This document shows, in pieces, positions 11,721 through 24,299 of a stretch of 64,000 nucleotides of DNA. The DNA lies in contig JAQFVV010000003.1 in NCBI GenBank assembly GCA_028023455.1, forward strand, positions 1,612,001 through 1,676,000, in the 5' to 3' direction. The notes beneath the pieces are model-generated. The model did not search any database. It worked only from the letters and a program-made list of their open reading frames with translations, and was not told the DNA's origin. Both the position numbers and the translations under genes were made by a program. Position 1 is the stretch's first letter. The number at the start of each line of letters is the position of its first letter. The DNA comes from Epiperipatus broadwayi (taxonomy: Eukaryota > Animalia > Onychophora).

Positions 11721-14700
11721 TAAGTAATCTAATATCTTTTTACTAACATATAATGCTTACTATTATTAAATTTTGTCTTACTATTTTCAGTTAGTTAGAT
11801 TATAATATAGACCAGTCACTATAAAAGTTCGTGTCATCCATCATCCTTTTGCACTAACTGGTGCAAAGGGATTGTATATTTATGCATCAGCTCTAACTCC
11901 AATCTATTTTTTTTTTATAATATTTTATTGTTTATCTTTCTTTGTTTTTAGTCTGGAGTTAGTATGGCACTATTTATTTATAACTGTAACAAGTGAACAA
12001 TATGGTTGAGGATAGAACAGAATGGAGAGATAAAAAGAGATGAGATGTTGAACTCTTCCAGAAATAAAAAAATCTGTACAAAGGCCTAAGTTGGATGTCA
12101 GTTTAATAGATTAAATGATCAATTATGATAAATAGAAGCATTTATGTTTCATAGATTGCTTTGTTTAGTCATTGCAGTATTCAAGAGATTTATTTTTTTG
12201 TTTGTGACTTTTCTCTCTGTTTTTTTCCTTTCCAGTTAAAATAATCATACTCCTTTAGGAGTCTTTCCTGATAACTGGAAATATATATATATATATATGC
12301 AGATAAAATGTCAGTTTTATTATTAATTTGACATTACATAATAGTTTATTTCTCCCCTCCCCCCTATATCTATGGACTTACTATTATGGTTTTATTAGTT
12401 CATGGGTTGAAAATGTACTAATTAAAAATAAATAGAAATTTCAAAATTAGAATTTATAAATTTCTCTCATACGGTTATTGTATACCCATACCATTACTGT
12501 CTTGCAAACTTAATTGTTCTTGTTGATTTCTTCTTGCTGTTATTCATGATTTTAAATATTCACAGGTAGACTTAGACCTAGATATTAGGAATACAAAAAA
12601 GTTATTGTTATTGTTTGCATTACTAATAGCATGCTTAAACCTTAACTATGTAAACAATATACTTTATTTTAAATTTTTTTTAAATATTCAGTATAGTATT
12701 CAAATAAATTTTTGTTACCAAGTATGCATACTTGCACTATGGATTTACTATTGATAAAAACAGAGGAAGCAGGATATAGCTTAAATTTTATGTGCATACT
12801 TTTATCAAGCAGTGAATACAAAATAAGAATTCAATAGAGTATTTCCTTCATTTTTCTTTCCCTGAATCTTATATTTATCTCTTTCTTTTCCTTCCACATC
12901 TCACAAAATCAAGATCTACATATGTGTAAAAAAATTTACCATTATTTTATCTGAAAAAGCCCATATACTTATTCTGACCATATTGCAGCATATTAACTCC
13001 TTAACAGATTGACATTTTCTATTGGCAGTTTTTGTCAATCTTCAATCTTTGATTTTGGTACAAAATCTTTATTTTATATTCAACACATAAAATTGGACTT
13101 TATTTCTTAAAAATTCAAGTTTACAAATAAAAATATTTTTAAAAATCATATAAGAACTTTGCAAATATTGAAAAATAAGTTTGTAATGGAAACGAAGAAT
13201 GTTTTGCCAAGCAACATTGGCCATAAACAGTCTTCGAGAGTGATTTCAGATATTCATCTTTGAAATATATTTTTAAAATGTAATAATCTCTGATAAATCT
13301 ATAAAATTCTGCTTTAAAATGTTATTTTTTTCTGTTAATTTGTAGAATTTATCAAAAGAGCCTAACACAGTGTTGAAATGGCAGGAAATAACATTTCATG
13401 ATCAATGGTATGCTCATCTTAATGTCAGAATATTTTTTGTTAATATTACCATTAATTTTATTAACTTCTCTTTTTAAAAGTAAAACATGTACAAATAAAA
13501 CCAAAACATATGTGTGTATTCTTTTGGTTTCAAATAATTGTTATACAATCATTGTATAATAATAATCAGAAATATTTAATAAACTGTACAAATTTCATAT
13601 TTTTTATTACTGTAAAACTTTTTTTGAAGCAATTTTGTAAATACTGTGGAAATCAAATTATAAAAAATGAAAATCATAAAAAAAAGTGGAGGTAGGGCAA
13701 AACACTTGGAGTTAGACTTTGGTCATTACTGAACTGCTTAATAAATACTGATCTCTTCAGATTTTATTTTGATATTTTCTAGTTTACAGTTTTAGGAATT
13801 GTGTAAATATCATTACAAATAGCCATAGAAGAGTGATCTAAAGAGGCAAAACTAATATGCCATTTCTGAAATAACAGCCATATAACTGTAAGACTTTATA
13901 TGGAATGAACTAAGCTGATTTATTTGTGATTACTCACAATAATTAATATTATATTATTTTTATATAAATATTTGCTAGTCATAAGGATATATTGGCTACT
14001 TTATCTGCTAGCCATGCCTTTATTTGAATTTAAATCTAGACTAAGTCAAATTTAAAAATGTTTTTCAAAATCCAATTTTTTTTTTTTTTTCATGTATCTA
14101 GTGTCGAATCAATACAGTAAGCCAATTAATGTTTGTTAGTAAATGAACATCGGGACCATAAAAGCATAAAAGTTATTCACTAGCTAGTGGTTGATTAGTG
14201 CTATGTCATCTTCTTGACTGCTTTACTAATGTATAGCTATTGGTGATCTCTTTGTCCTGAAATTAGCCATCATTCTATCCATTTATCTATAATTATAATG
14301 CTTCTCTGTGAAATTTTTTCTTGTATATATCTTAAATATTGTTTATAATACAATAATTGTCATTCAGATCATATGGTGTTTGAGCACCAAAAGAGACAGA
14401 TTAAGCTTCAATCCAGAATCATTTACTTCTTAATCCCATCATTCTTCCATTGGACTAAAACTGTAACGAGCATCTAGATTAATCAAAAGTGCAAATAAGA
14501 TATAAATAAGTTAAAGTTCTTTAAGCATGCTAGTGATATATACAATAGTAAACATTCTGTAAAATAAATTTCTGAAGAAATGTTCTTTTTCTTTTCTTTA
14601 AATAACAAAGAGCAGTTTGAATGCAGAAACTTTAGTATTCATTTCAAGAAACAAGAACTTGGCTTTAGAAAAGTTTATCAAATAAAGATTACCTTTTTAT

Positions 14701-17700
14701 ATTGACATAAGAATCTAAAGTCAACATCTTAAAACTTACTTCATTTCCTTTAGCTGGTTTTATAATTATTCAGTTTGAGCCATTTCTCTTTTTCTTTTTT
14801 TTTAAACATTTCATTTATTTCATTCTAAAGTAGTTCTATTATATTTTATATATATATAACATAATTGTATCTTTATAATTATGAGTTTGATTAAATAAAT
14901 CAATAAAACAAATAATAATAAATATAAACAATATTATTTTGTTCCCTGCAATCATATCACAAATGAGTGATAACCTTTGATCATCAATGGTAATTTATTG
15001 TTGATATCATTTTTTTTAATGTTTAGAACTATATCATAAACTCTAACGAACCTTTTACATTAATAATAGGAATAGTTATTATTTGGAATATAATAATAAT
15101 GATATTATACAATACTAATCCTAGCATCAAAAAATAGCATAAGGATAAAAAAGATAAATAATACTTATAGTATACAATAACAAAGTATGAAGTTACAATC
15201 GCCAGTAAAATCCGTGCTTATAAAGTTAGAAGTTCAATACATATTGTCATGCACCCATTCAAATGATAATATGAGTGAGTGCAAAAAAGTTTTAAATTAT
15301 TGTACACTATGTACATATTTTAACTTCTCTGCACAAAGACAGGCTATAGTATGTAGGCAATAGGGTAATGTCATCAAAAAATATTTGATTATTGTAAATG
15401 ATTGGTTTATTACCAGATAATCTCTTAATAATATTTTACCATCGTAATATCAGAGCTACATCATAAAATAATGTATTTTAAATTACTGTTATTATTATGT
15501 TCTAAAATAAATATACTTTAATAACATTTCCATTAAATTTTAACTTAGATAAATTGAACAATGCTATTATCTTCCATTATTGACATTTTGACATTACTAT
15601 TCTTAACAAAACCTTAAGAGAAACTGAAGTTATTTTCCTTAAAGTGGTAATATTTAAGATAAAATTTTTTCAGAAATAAATCAGATGATTGTATGAGAAA
15701 TAGGAATACTTCAATTAATAAATTTAATATAATAATAAAGCTTCACCTGATTTTCCCAGAATACATTTAACATCTGCTTTAAGAGAAAAAATTCACTCTG
15801 TCACTTACTACAAAGTTAATTTTTATAAAAACATACAGACCACATGATTAGTTCCAATCAAACTTTCAGGCTAGTCTTTTGGATATGGGTCTTTTAATAG
15901 CAATGAGTATGGAAATGCACCCACACTCTGCAGCCATTCTAATTTGTTTTATATGCACTCTATACCTTCCAAGTTAATGATTGAAATTTTCAAATATGTC
16001 AATGTTTAAATTAGATTACTTTTCAGCATAGTTATTCAAACTAGCATATAATTGATATCCCCACAATATTATTGTTGAGCTATTGTCAGGCTTATAGTAT
16101 TATACAAAAAGATTGTATTCAGTTCAAAACCTTAGAGTATTTGAAAATTTCAAGATATTGTTTGGATAATGACGAGGACTTATCACTAAAAATTAGTCTG
16201 GAGTTAATTATATCTGACATGCATTGATTATTTATGCTATACTGCACAATATATTTGATTGGAACATCTCAAATTTAGAGATTTAAGTATCTTAATTTAT
16301 CACAATTGTTCTGAAATGCTAAAATTTTAATCCTTGAAATTAAATTCTACATTTATGCTTTACTTTATTATTATTGCAATGAGAAAATAAATATTTTGAC
16401 TATGTAAATAAGATTAGCACTCTAAAAAGAAGTAATATTTAAGATTAAAAATGTTTGTTCATTGAAGTTGGAACATATTACCATCTTCTCTACTATTGTT
16501 ATTATTATTTTTAAAATATTGTAAACTATGCTTTTCAAATATCTAATGAAGCAGTTAAAAAAATTATTTTAGTGTGTTTAGCTACAAAGTTAACTTCTCT
16601 ATTTGAAAATGCCCTAGTGAAATTTCATTCACATTTCAACATCTTATTTTTACAATTAAAGCTTTTTCTATATCATATATTGATAATCTTAATATTATTT
16701 ATTATAAAGGTAATCTTTCAAATGATTGTTATTCTAAAAGTTAATATATATATATATATTCTAAAAGTTAATATATATATATATATTTTTATTATAAAAT
16801 ATAGGAAATTTTATTCTGTAATTTGGTTACAACTCGTATGATAGGATTAAAATATGATACATTAAATGGTATTCAAAGAAGAAAAAAGTTCACTAATAAC
16901 ATGCCCTGCATTACATAACCTAGGATCTCTACAGTGGTTCATAGGAACAATGGAAAGGACCTGGGGTTTGGTATTTTGGAGATAGGTGACTAAGCTTGCA
17001 TGACTCAAAATGTACAAAGATGACGTCAAAGTTTTGTCCATGCAAAATTCATGGCATTACATAGGTATGGCAGAGTCTTCATAATGGATGTCAATGTACT
17101 TCATATCCAGGGTAGAAGATATAGGCTTGAGGATGGGGGCAATTAATAGTCAATCCCAATTGGATGCACTTAAACCAGTTTTAATTGTTTTCAGTATAGG
17201 TAGTTTCTATCTGGATCTAAAAGGGATTAGCCTTAGGGAGGTATAACAATCAACTTCCATTTGTTTTCCAAGATTGGAGGGGGGGATTTTCTAAAATTTT
17301 TTTAATTTTTTATATATATAAATCAAGTGGACAATCCAGGACATGATTAAAGGTGAGCCAGCAATGGGTGAACCATAGTGAAAATAATATGAACATTGAT
17401 GAACAATTTCAAGGACATATCAACATAGTATGTTGTCAATAAATGTTGATAATGTAGGCAATTTGTTTTTTAGCCTTTTGTTTTTTAGCAACAAGGCTAT
17501 AAGGTTTCTGTAGGGTTGAAGGGAAAGGCAATGGCAGGGGAGATGTAGTGAAATTTATTTCTCTCTGTGGCATAGAGAGTAAATGGAATCAATGCTTGAA
17601 AAACCTTGGCAGTATACTAGAAAATGTTTAGTAGGCAAGGCATTATTATTAATTTTTAAAGTAAGTCAAAAAATTTAAGCTCAAGAAAACATCGCTTAAA

Positions 17701-19337
17701 TTTCTTGATTAGCAGATGGTTGTTGAGCTGAAAAAGGGTTGATCCTATGGAAACATCAGGGTATAGGAAATAATACACTTTTCAGAAATTAATTTTTGTA
17801 GAGAATGGCTTATTGGGAATGGCAATGAACTTAGAGATATGGAATATGAGGGTTGCTAGCCAGCCAGTGCTAACAGGGGGAGGTTTGTCAGTGTGAGATA
17901 TATCTTTAAAGAGTGAGGAGTTGGGATACTGCAGGAATAATCTGTAGATGGTGTTGTAGAAGTGTTGAAATATAAAGATAACTATAGAGTATAGAAATAT
18001 CCCATTGATCTTTGTGTATTTCTGTAGGCCTCTCAAGCTAATAGTTGCACTTTTTTCCCCTCGAATCAGATCGATGCACACTTTGAGTACTTTCTTGATG
18101 AAGGCTTTAGTGAAGTTTATCATGGGGATGAAATAAGATATTTTAGGGAATATTATTATATTGATGAGGGAGGGCATGGCAAACATGGACATATATATGT
18201 TGCAAAGGGAGGATGTAATTTTCTGTGTAAATTGAAGTAGCTTATCTTGAACAGACCTCTTCATGGCCACAGTGAATTCAAATATAGGGAAGGCTAAGAA
18301 CTTTAGCAGCTTTGCTTTAAATGGGCTAAGAATGTTCTTACCAGAAGATAGGCAGATGACCTGGCCATATTAAATTGGAGGAAAGATTGATCAGAAAACT
18401 CATCCAACACTGATAGAAGCCTGGGTATTAGGTTTTTCAATAGTCAACTCATCCATGTAGGTAATGTGGTGGATTGATGTATTTAATGCTGGGATATGGA
18501 TGCCAGGATGAGATCTCTCAATTTGAAGAAGCAATGGATTGTGTTAGGTGATGAAAGAACAGGGCACAGAGAGGGGAGCTCTGTGGGATAAAGGATGTGA
18601 TGAAGTTGAATAGAAAGTTTCCCATTCAGTGAGATCCACACTTCATGATTGTATAGAAAGTTCTTAATGATATTAATGATTCCAAAGAAAATGTCATGCT
18701 TGCCAAGCAGGATTAAATAGGTGTTGATTTGGATTGAATCAAAGGTAGTGAAGATGTCAAGTTGAACTACCATCAGCTTAATTGTCTAGAGAATCTGATA
18801 TGATCAATAATCATTTTAAAAAGATTGATGACATCTGCAGTTGAATTGCAAAAAGGGGCAGGAACATTTTGATTTAAAATTTTGTCCTTGATTGTTGACT
18901 AAATGATCTTGACCATCATAGGGGTCATAGAGATAGGCCACAAATTCTCCAGCAGAAATGAAATTATATTGTGCTTGAGAAATGGCACCATAGCTATGGG
19001 ATAAAGCCCACCAATGTTTCACACATTGGAAGAAATATAATTAATTAAGTTTTATATGATCAGTAAAGAGAACTAGTATAAAGAATTTGGACAAATGTAA
19101 CAGGAGTAATCTAGGAATTGTATGAAACTCTGAATGAGTGCTTTCAGGCATTGAAGTTTACTTTGCCAGAATATCTCCCTCCATAATGCAAAAGATTTGT
19201 AGTTGGTGAACCTATTGTTGAGTCTTGACAAGGTTTAGGTGTGGGAGTGGAGAAATTTTTCCCTGAAGTATGTGAAGATGTTGAGAAACATGTTTGATCC
19301 TGAATAAAGCTTATCTCCCACAGTAATAGATGATGGA

Positions 19338-19572
19338 GTGGATTTCTTGTTTATATGGCTCAGATTTCTTGTTTATATGGTTCAGAGCCCACCTAATGTA
19401 GCCTCGAAATCAATTGTGGGAATGACAGTTAAATTTTTGATTTTTTGGTAGAGAGATATAGATGATGAAGTGGATTTCTTGTCTATATGGTTCAGGACCC
19501 ACCCAATGCAGCCTCTGAACCAATTGTGGGAATGACTCAGTTAGATTTTTGATTTTTTGGTAGCGAGATATA
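19338..19572. repeat. ~130-bp tandem duplication plus a 22-bp duplication inside the LINE
   Basis: GTGGATTTCTTGT.TATATGG.TCAG..CCCACC.AATG.AGCCTC..CAATTGTGGGAATGAC..TTTTTGATTTTTTGGTAG occurs twice. Confidence 0.85.
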
Positions 19573-20208
19573 CTCTGCCAATATCAACTGTTTGCTCTTA
19601 TATTAGGAATTCAGATTAATGGTGGAATCTATAGGGACTGTATAAAGGGGAAGATTATAAGGTGTTGTTTAGTGATTCACGTTCCAATAAGAGTGACAAT
19701 AGGCCTTTATTAATTAAGGTATGGTTTGAGATAAGGTGCATTAAAATTTGAATGAAGGAAACCAGGCATTCACTGGTGAAAGGATTTGAAATCTTATGAA
19801 AAGATATATATGCCTCAGAGAGGATAGCTTCCAGCAGTGAAGATATGAGAAGGATTCTGGTGATTGTGTTCAGCCTAAGAAGAGTGCATGAGTTAAGGTT
19901 TAGAGATAGTTTAAGAGATAAGGCTAAGTGATTTGAGAAGACAATAGGCTGGAGTGAAGAATCAATTAGAAAATGTAGATGAGATGTATAGTAAATGAGG
20001 TTTATCAGAGAAGCATGCCCCCTCATATAAAAGAAGACATTCAGTGGGAAGAAACCTTTCCCACTCATGAATCTCATGTTAAGGTGATGAATATATTTTG
20101 CAGTAAATTCCTGGTAGGAGGTATTAAAGTTTTCCCAAAAAATAGTAGGGTAAGAGTTAGAGGTAAGTGTGATATTGATCTGTTGAATTAACTGCTGAAT
20201 GAGTGGTG

Positions 20209-20211
<3 letters not shown>

Positions 20212-20299
<88 letters not shown>

Positions 20300-20302
20300 A
20301 TA
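20212..20302. repeat. (TA)n microsatellite, ~90 bp
   Basis: Direct observation. Confidence 0.98.
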
Positions 20303-20944
20303 CAAATATAACACAGTATTCAAAATTAAATAATCTATTCTTTACCAGAAGTACTTTCAATTGTTTCACTGACAATCTTTATCAACTGTTAATACAAACG
20401 TACAAAAAATAAAAACTTGCATTACCCATCATTCAATCTATTCAAATTTCCCACAATTCTGTTGTCTTTATATTAGCCGATTGTTTATTCATCAAACCAC
20501 CTCTATTCCTAGATATCATCATTGCCTCTTTAATTTTACGTTTTTCACTACACCTTTCAATTTGAATAATTTTTATATCTCTATTATTAAATTTAAAACC
20601 ATAATTACATGTTTTATTATGATCATAAAACATGTAATTATGGTTTTAAATTTAATAATAGAGATATAAAAATTATTCAAATTGAAAGGTGTAGTGAAAA
20701 ACGTAAAATTAAAGAGGCAATGATGATATCTAGGAATAGAGGTGGTTTGATGAATAAACAATCAGCTAATATAAAGACAACAGAATTGTGGGAAATTTGA
20801 ATAGATTGAATGATGGGTAATGCAAGTTTTTATTTTTTGTATGTTTGTATTAACAGTTGATAAAGATTGTCAGTGAAACAATTGAAAGTACTTCTGGTAA
20901 AGAATAGATTATTTAATTTTGAATACTGTGTTAAATATATTTGT
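20302..20944. mobile_element. Head-to-head palindrome of a Penelope-like 3' end
   Basis: Arms 20310-20617 and 20625-20932 are reverse complements with 2 substitutions; each encodes the GIY-YIG tail KRKIKEAMMI..LMN (ORFs 20442-20633 minus, 20609-20800 plus). Confidence 0.92.
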
Positions 20945-21967
20945 TTGAATTATTATTATATAATTTAAAAATACAGACATTTAATGGTTGTAGTTATATA
21001 TATATATATTATGTTCAGAATGAAGACCTTATGAAATAGGGTCATGATAATTATATGTGGATTTATATAGTTGATTTTGAAGGATTCAAATGGGTCTGTT
21101 ATTGGAAATGAAGACTGCTATGCCAGCTTCAGATAAAGATAACATTGAGTAATAGAAGTCACCAAGATAGCTGAGGTTCAGAATTTTGGATCTTGAAAAT
21201 TGGTACAACTTGGTATCAGAGAAACACACTATAATGGGGGGAGGTATTTCTTTAACCATTTAGTCAATGCATCTACTCTATTATAGGAATTGAGACTCTG
21301 GATATTCATTCCCAATACTTTGAGCTTCAGTGTTTTTCACTGAATAGGTGGTGGAAGTTTTAATGATGAAGGAACAAGCCTTTATTGGATATATATTTGC
21401 AGACTCAGCAATCACTGGTCCTGCTAGGAGAATAGCTGTTGGATTTCAATCCCTCACAATGCCCTGGATGGCAGGCCATCCATGGAAAATACTCTGGCAC
21501 ATACTAGGTTGGCCAGAGGTCTTCTCTTTTGATGCCCCAGAACACAAGCAATACAATAGATGACATTGTTTCATTTGTTATTTTAGAGTCTATCATTAAT
21601 TGTGACTTGTTATCATTGGTAGGATCAAGGGATTGAAATGGCATACCAGGATCCTTACTGGACAAGTCAGTCTTGGAAATGGGCCTATGCTTTTCTTTGG
21701 TTTCCAGAAGACAGGGATTCAGTGTCTGAAAAGCTAATACTGTGGGTGTTTACTTTATTGGAGCAAATTTTGCCCTCGGTTGATTTGGGCCTTTATTCAG
21801 TTTTTTTGCCTTCCTCTTCATAGATTCAGGCAGTTGAGGTCCCTCTTCCATAAAGGAAGATACTGAGACAAATGATTCATTAAGTGCTCTCATTGAGTGA
21901 GTAGGAGATTGCAAAGGATTACACATAACTTCATTAACTGGAAGCAATTGAGGGTAGGTGGTATTCT

Positions 21968-22156
21968 TCACTGCTTCAGATGCCACAAGATCACCATTGA
22001 AACATTGTTATAGTTATACATTCCGTTTTTGATTCTTTTACAATTGTGACAAATTCTGGCCAGGCAGTCTCTCACCAAGTGGCTGTTCTGATAGCAGAAG
22101 AAACATTGTGGAGGTATGCCATGGAAGGTGGTGTTAAAAAGGGGAAGTCTCTGCAT
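21968..22156 (-). pseudogene. LINE ORF1 zinc-knuckle fragment
   Basis: CX2CX4HX4C motif CFFCYQNSHLVRDC followed by a second CHNC. Confidence 0.8.
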
Positions 22157-23222
22157 AGTAGAGAGTAGGACGACTATCAGCAGGGTTTGATTATTTATTC
22201 AGGGTGAGTTTAAAAAAACAGTGTTAGTGTATATTGAAAGATCTGCCCTCTTAGTCATTTGGTACCTAAAATTTGAGACTTTAACATAGGACCTAAGTAA
22301 TTGCTGCAAATCATTTTCTTTAAATTTAAGGTAGCAGTTTTTTATTGTGCCTGATAGAATTGTGGGACAGTTCATGTTGATGTTGCAGCTGACTTTCCCA
22401 TCAAGGTATTTGAAAATTTTCTGAAGAGATTTTTCTGAGTAAGGTTGTTAAATTCTATTATTACATAACAATTATTAAGCTGTTAAAAAAAAAAAATTAT
22501 TAAGCTGTTGCAAAATTTTGTGAATTGGCCTCCATAATTTTTTTATGGTAAGTTCATTATAAAGTTCATTGATTGGGAATTTATATAAATTACTTGATGG
22601 GTTGATAACAGCTAAGATTGCAATGTTTTCACTGTAGAAATTGAGAAAGGATTTACATAATTGGGAGGGGGGGTTATTAAATTTATTTGTTATCAAATCA
22701 AGATCCTTTTGCTCCAAATTTAAATTAAAAAGATTGGAGTTGTTGGAATTGAAGTCAAGGTTCTCTTCCACCTCTTCATCAATTAAGTTTAAAATATCTT
22801 TGTGGTTTTTTAAGTATTCCATGTTGTAACATTAGGCTCACTAAAGCCTACCTGTGTAATGTTAGCATAAGAAGGCTTGTTATTAGTTAGTTTATATTAG
22901 GTTGATTTTTGGAAGGGGATGCATTTAAATTGAAAGATACTATGTTAGTTTTTCCATTTTTATGAAATTTACTGTTATGGATTATTTGATATAGTAGAAT
23001 TATAAGGAGAACTAAAGCTTGGGAAGTCCAGATTACTAACAATAAAAGTTAATATTTGACATTTGTAAAATATGAAAATATATATTTTAAAAGGAGTTTT
23101 TATTTATAACAGTGGTGCTTGAACATTATTGGACATAATTGATCTATTCAAAGAGTTAGTAGAATAAAATATTAGATATTTTATTATATGTTACTAAAAC
23201 CAAAGTTAATTTACAGTTAGCT

Positions 23223-23310
23223 ATCATTAAAGAAAGAATAAGAATTTTAAAAGGAAACATTTATCATTAAAGAAAAAATAAAAATTTTAAAAGGAAACAT
23301 TTATTATTAA
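23223..23310. repeat. 40-bp tandem repeat, ~2.2 copies
   Basis: ATCATTAAAGAAA.AATAA.AATTTTAAAAGGAAACATTT repeated. Confidence 0.85.
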
Positions 23311-24299
23311 AATTTTTTTAAAAATTTCTTTGCCATTTTGACAAAGGTCATTCTTGTTTACCCATTATTTTCATTTTTGCTATAACAAACTTTTTAAAAG
23401 TTATCTTTTTAAAAATTAGAATTTGTTCTTTTATTTGAAATTTTCCTTTTATTTGGCTACAGGCTAAAACACTCTGTCAAACAGAAATTATCATTTTTAT
23501 TAACATCTAGGGGCATGCCTATCTTGGTTATTGTCATGCAAATTGGTTATTGCTATTGTTTAAAAGGTCCATTTAATGCTGATATCTTCAGATCCCCCCC
23601 CCCCAATTATAACTATGAGAAAATAAAACTGAACATAATGATATAAGGTTTAATATAGGTTTAAAACAACCCAGAGAAGGTATAATGATGTCTGTACTAT
23701 TGTAACATTTAAAACAGCAAACATAGAATGAGATTATCACTACTGTAGGAAATCATATTAATTTAATGTTTTATCAGTACATATTCTAGAGTATTAAACT
23801 TAAATTAGGCCTTAAACATCTCAGTAGATTTATTTGTTACCAGGCTGAAGTACCATGACATAAAAATACTATTATTTTAAAGAAATTAAATTTTATTATT
23901 TTAATATTATTATTGAGAGTATTTATTTAAGCACTCTCCATTAGAATATTATTTAATCAAGGTAATCTGAGGTGTTGTATTCAAATTCTAAGTTGCAAAC
24001 TGTGTACTCAGATTACCAGTTTCAGGGACCCTTCTCTATAAGCTGCGCTTAAATGTTATTTATATTAAGCATATTTGTTTTAATTTCAAAGTGTGAAAGT
24101 TGAAATAGCCAAATTATTAAATGTAATGTGATTGATATTTTTTTACAAACCATACCATTAACAGTGATTAGTTTTCTTTTTCTCTCCAGGTTTCTTACAA
24201 TACAATCTCTGAAACAAACCTCTGTTAAGAAATGTCATAGATGAGCTATTCATCATAAAAGTTTTTAATGCATATCTGGATTAAGAGTTATAACATGAA

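Larger units (their letters stand above)
16900..22900 (-). mobile_element. Near full-length degraded Tx1/L1-like LINE (ORF1 + APE-RT-CCHC ORF2), interrupted at ~20212-21008
   Basis: Ordered on minus strand: ORF1 N-term (22475-22822), zinc knuckles CFFCYQNSHLVRDC/CHNCK (21968-22156), APE N-term LKVLGMNIQSLNS..IVCFSDTKL..AGIAVFI (~21320-21010), APE C-term PTIFWENFN..PIVFSNH (20210-19900), RT LDIFTTFDSI (18483-18773), post-RT IIFPKISYF..ISLRGLQK (17782-18270). Confidence 0.85.

Noticed and set aside
12000-16300. Several faint LINE-like peptides (EDRTEWR ~12008, DKEITN ~14250, LEYLKI ~16130)
   Set aside because: Too short and degenerate to delimit as features
19655-20323. 222-aa ORF as a gene
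   Set aside because: N-terminus is (TA)n read-through (IY repeats); the remainder is the decayed LINE endonuclease
20481-20761. Identical 62-aa ORF pair (MFIHQTTS...)
   Set aside because: Antisense by-products of the palindrome
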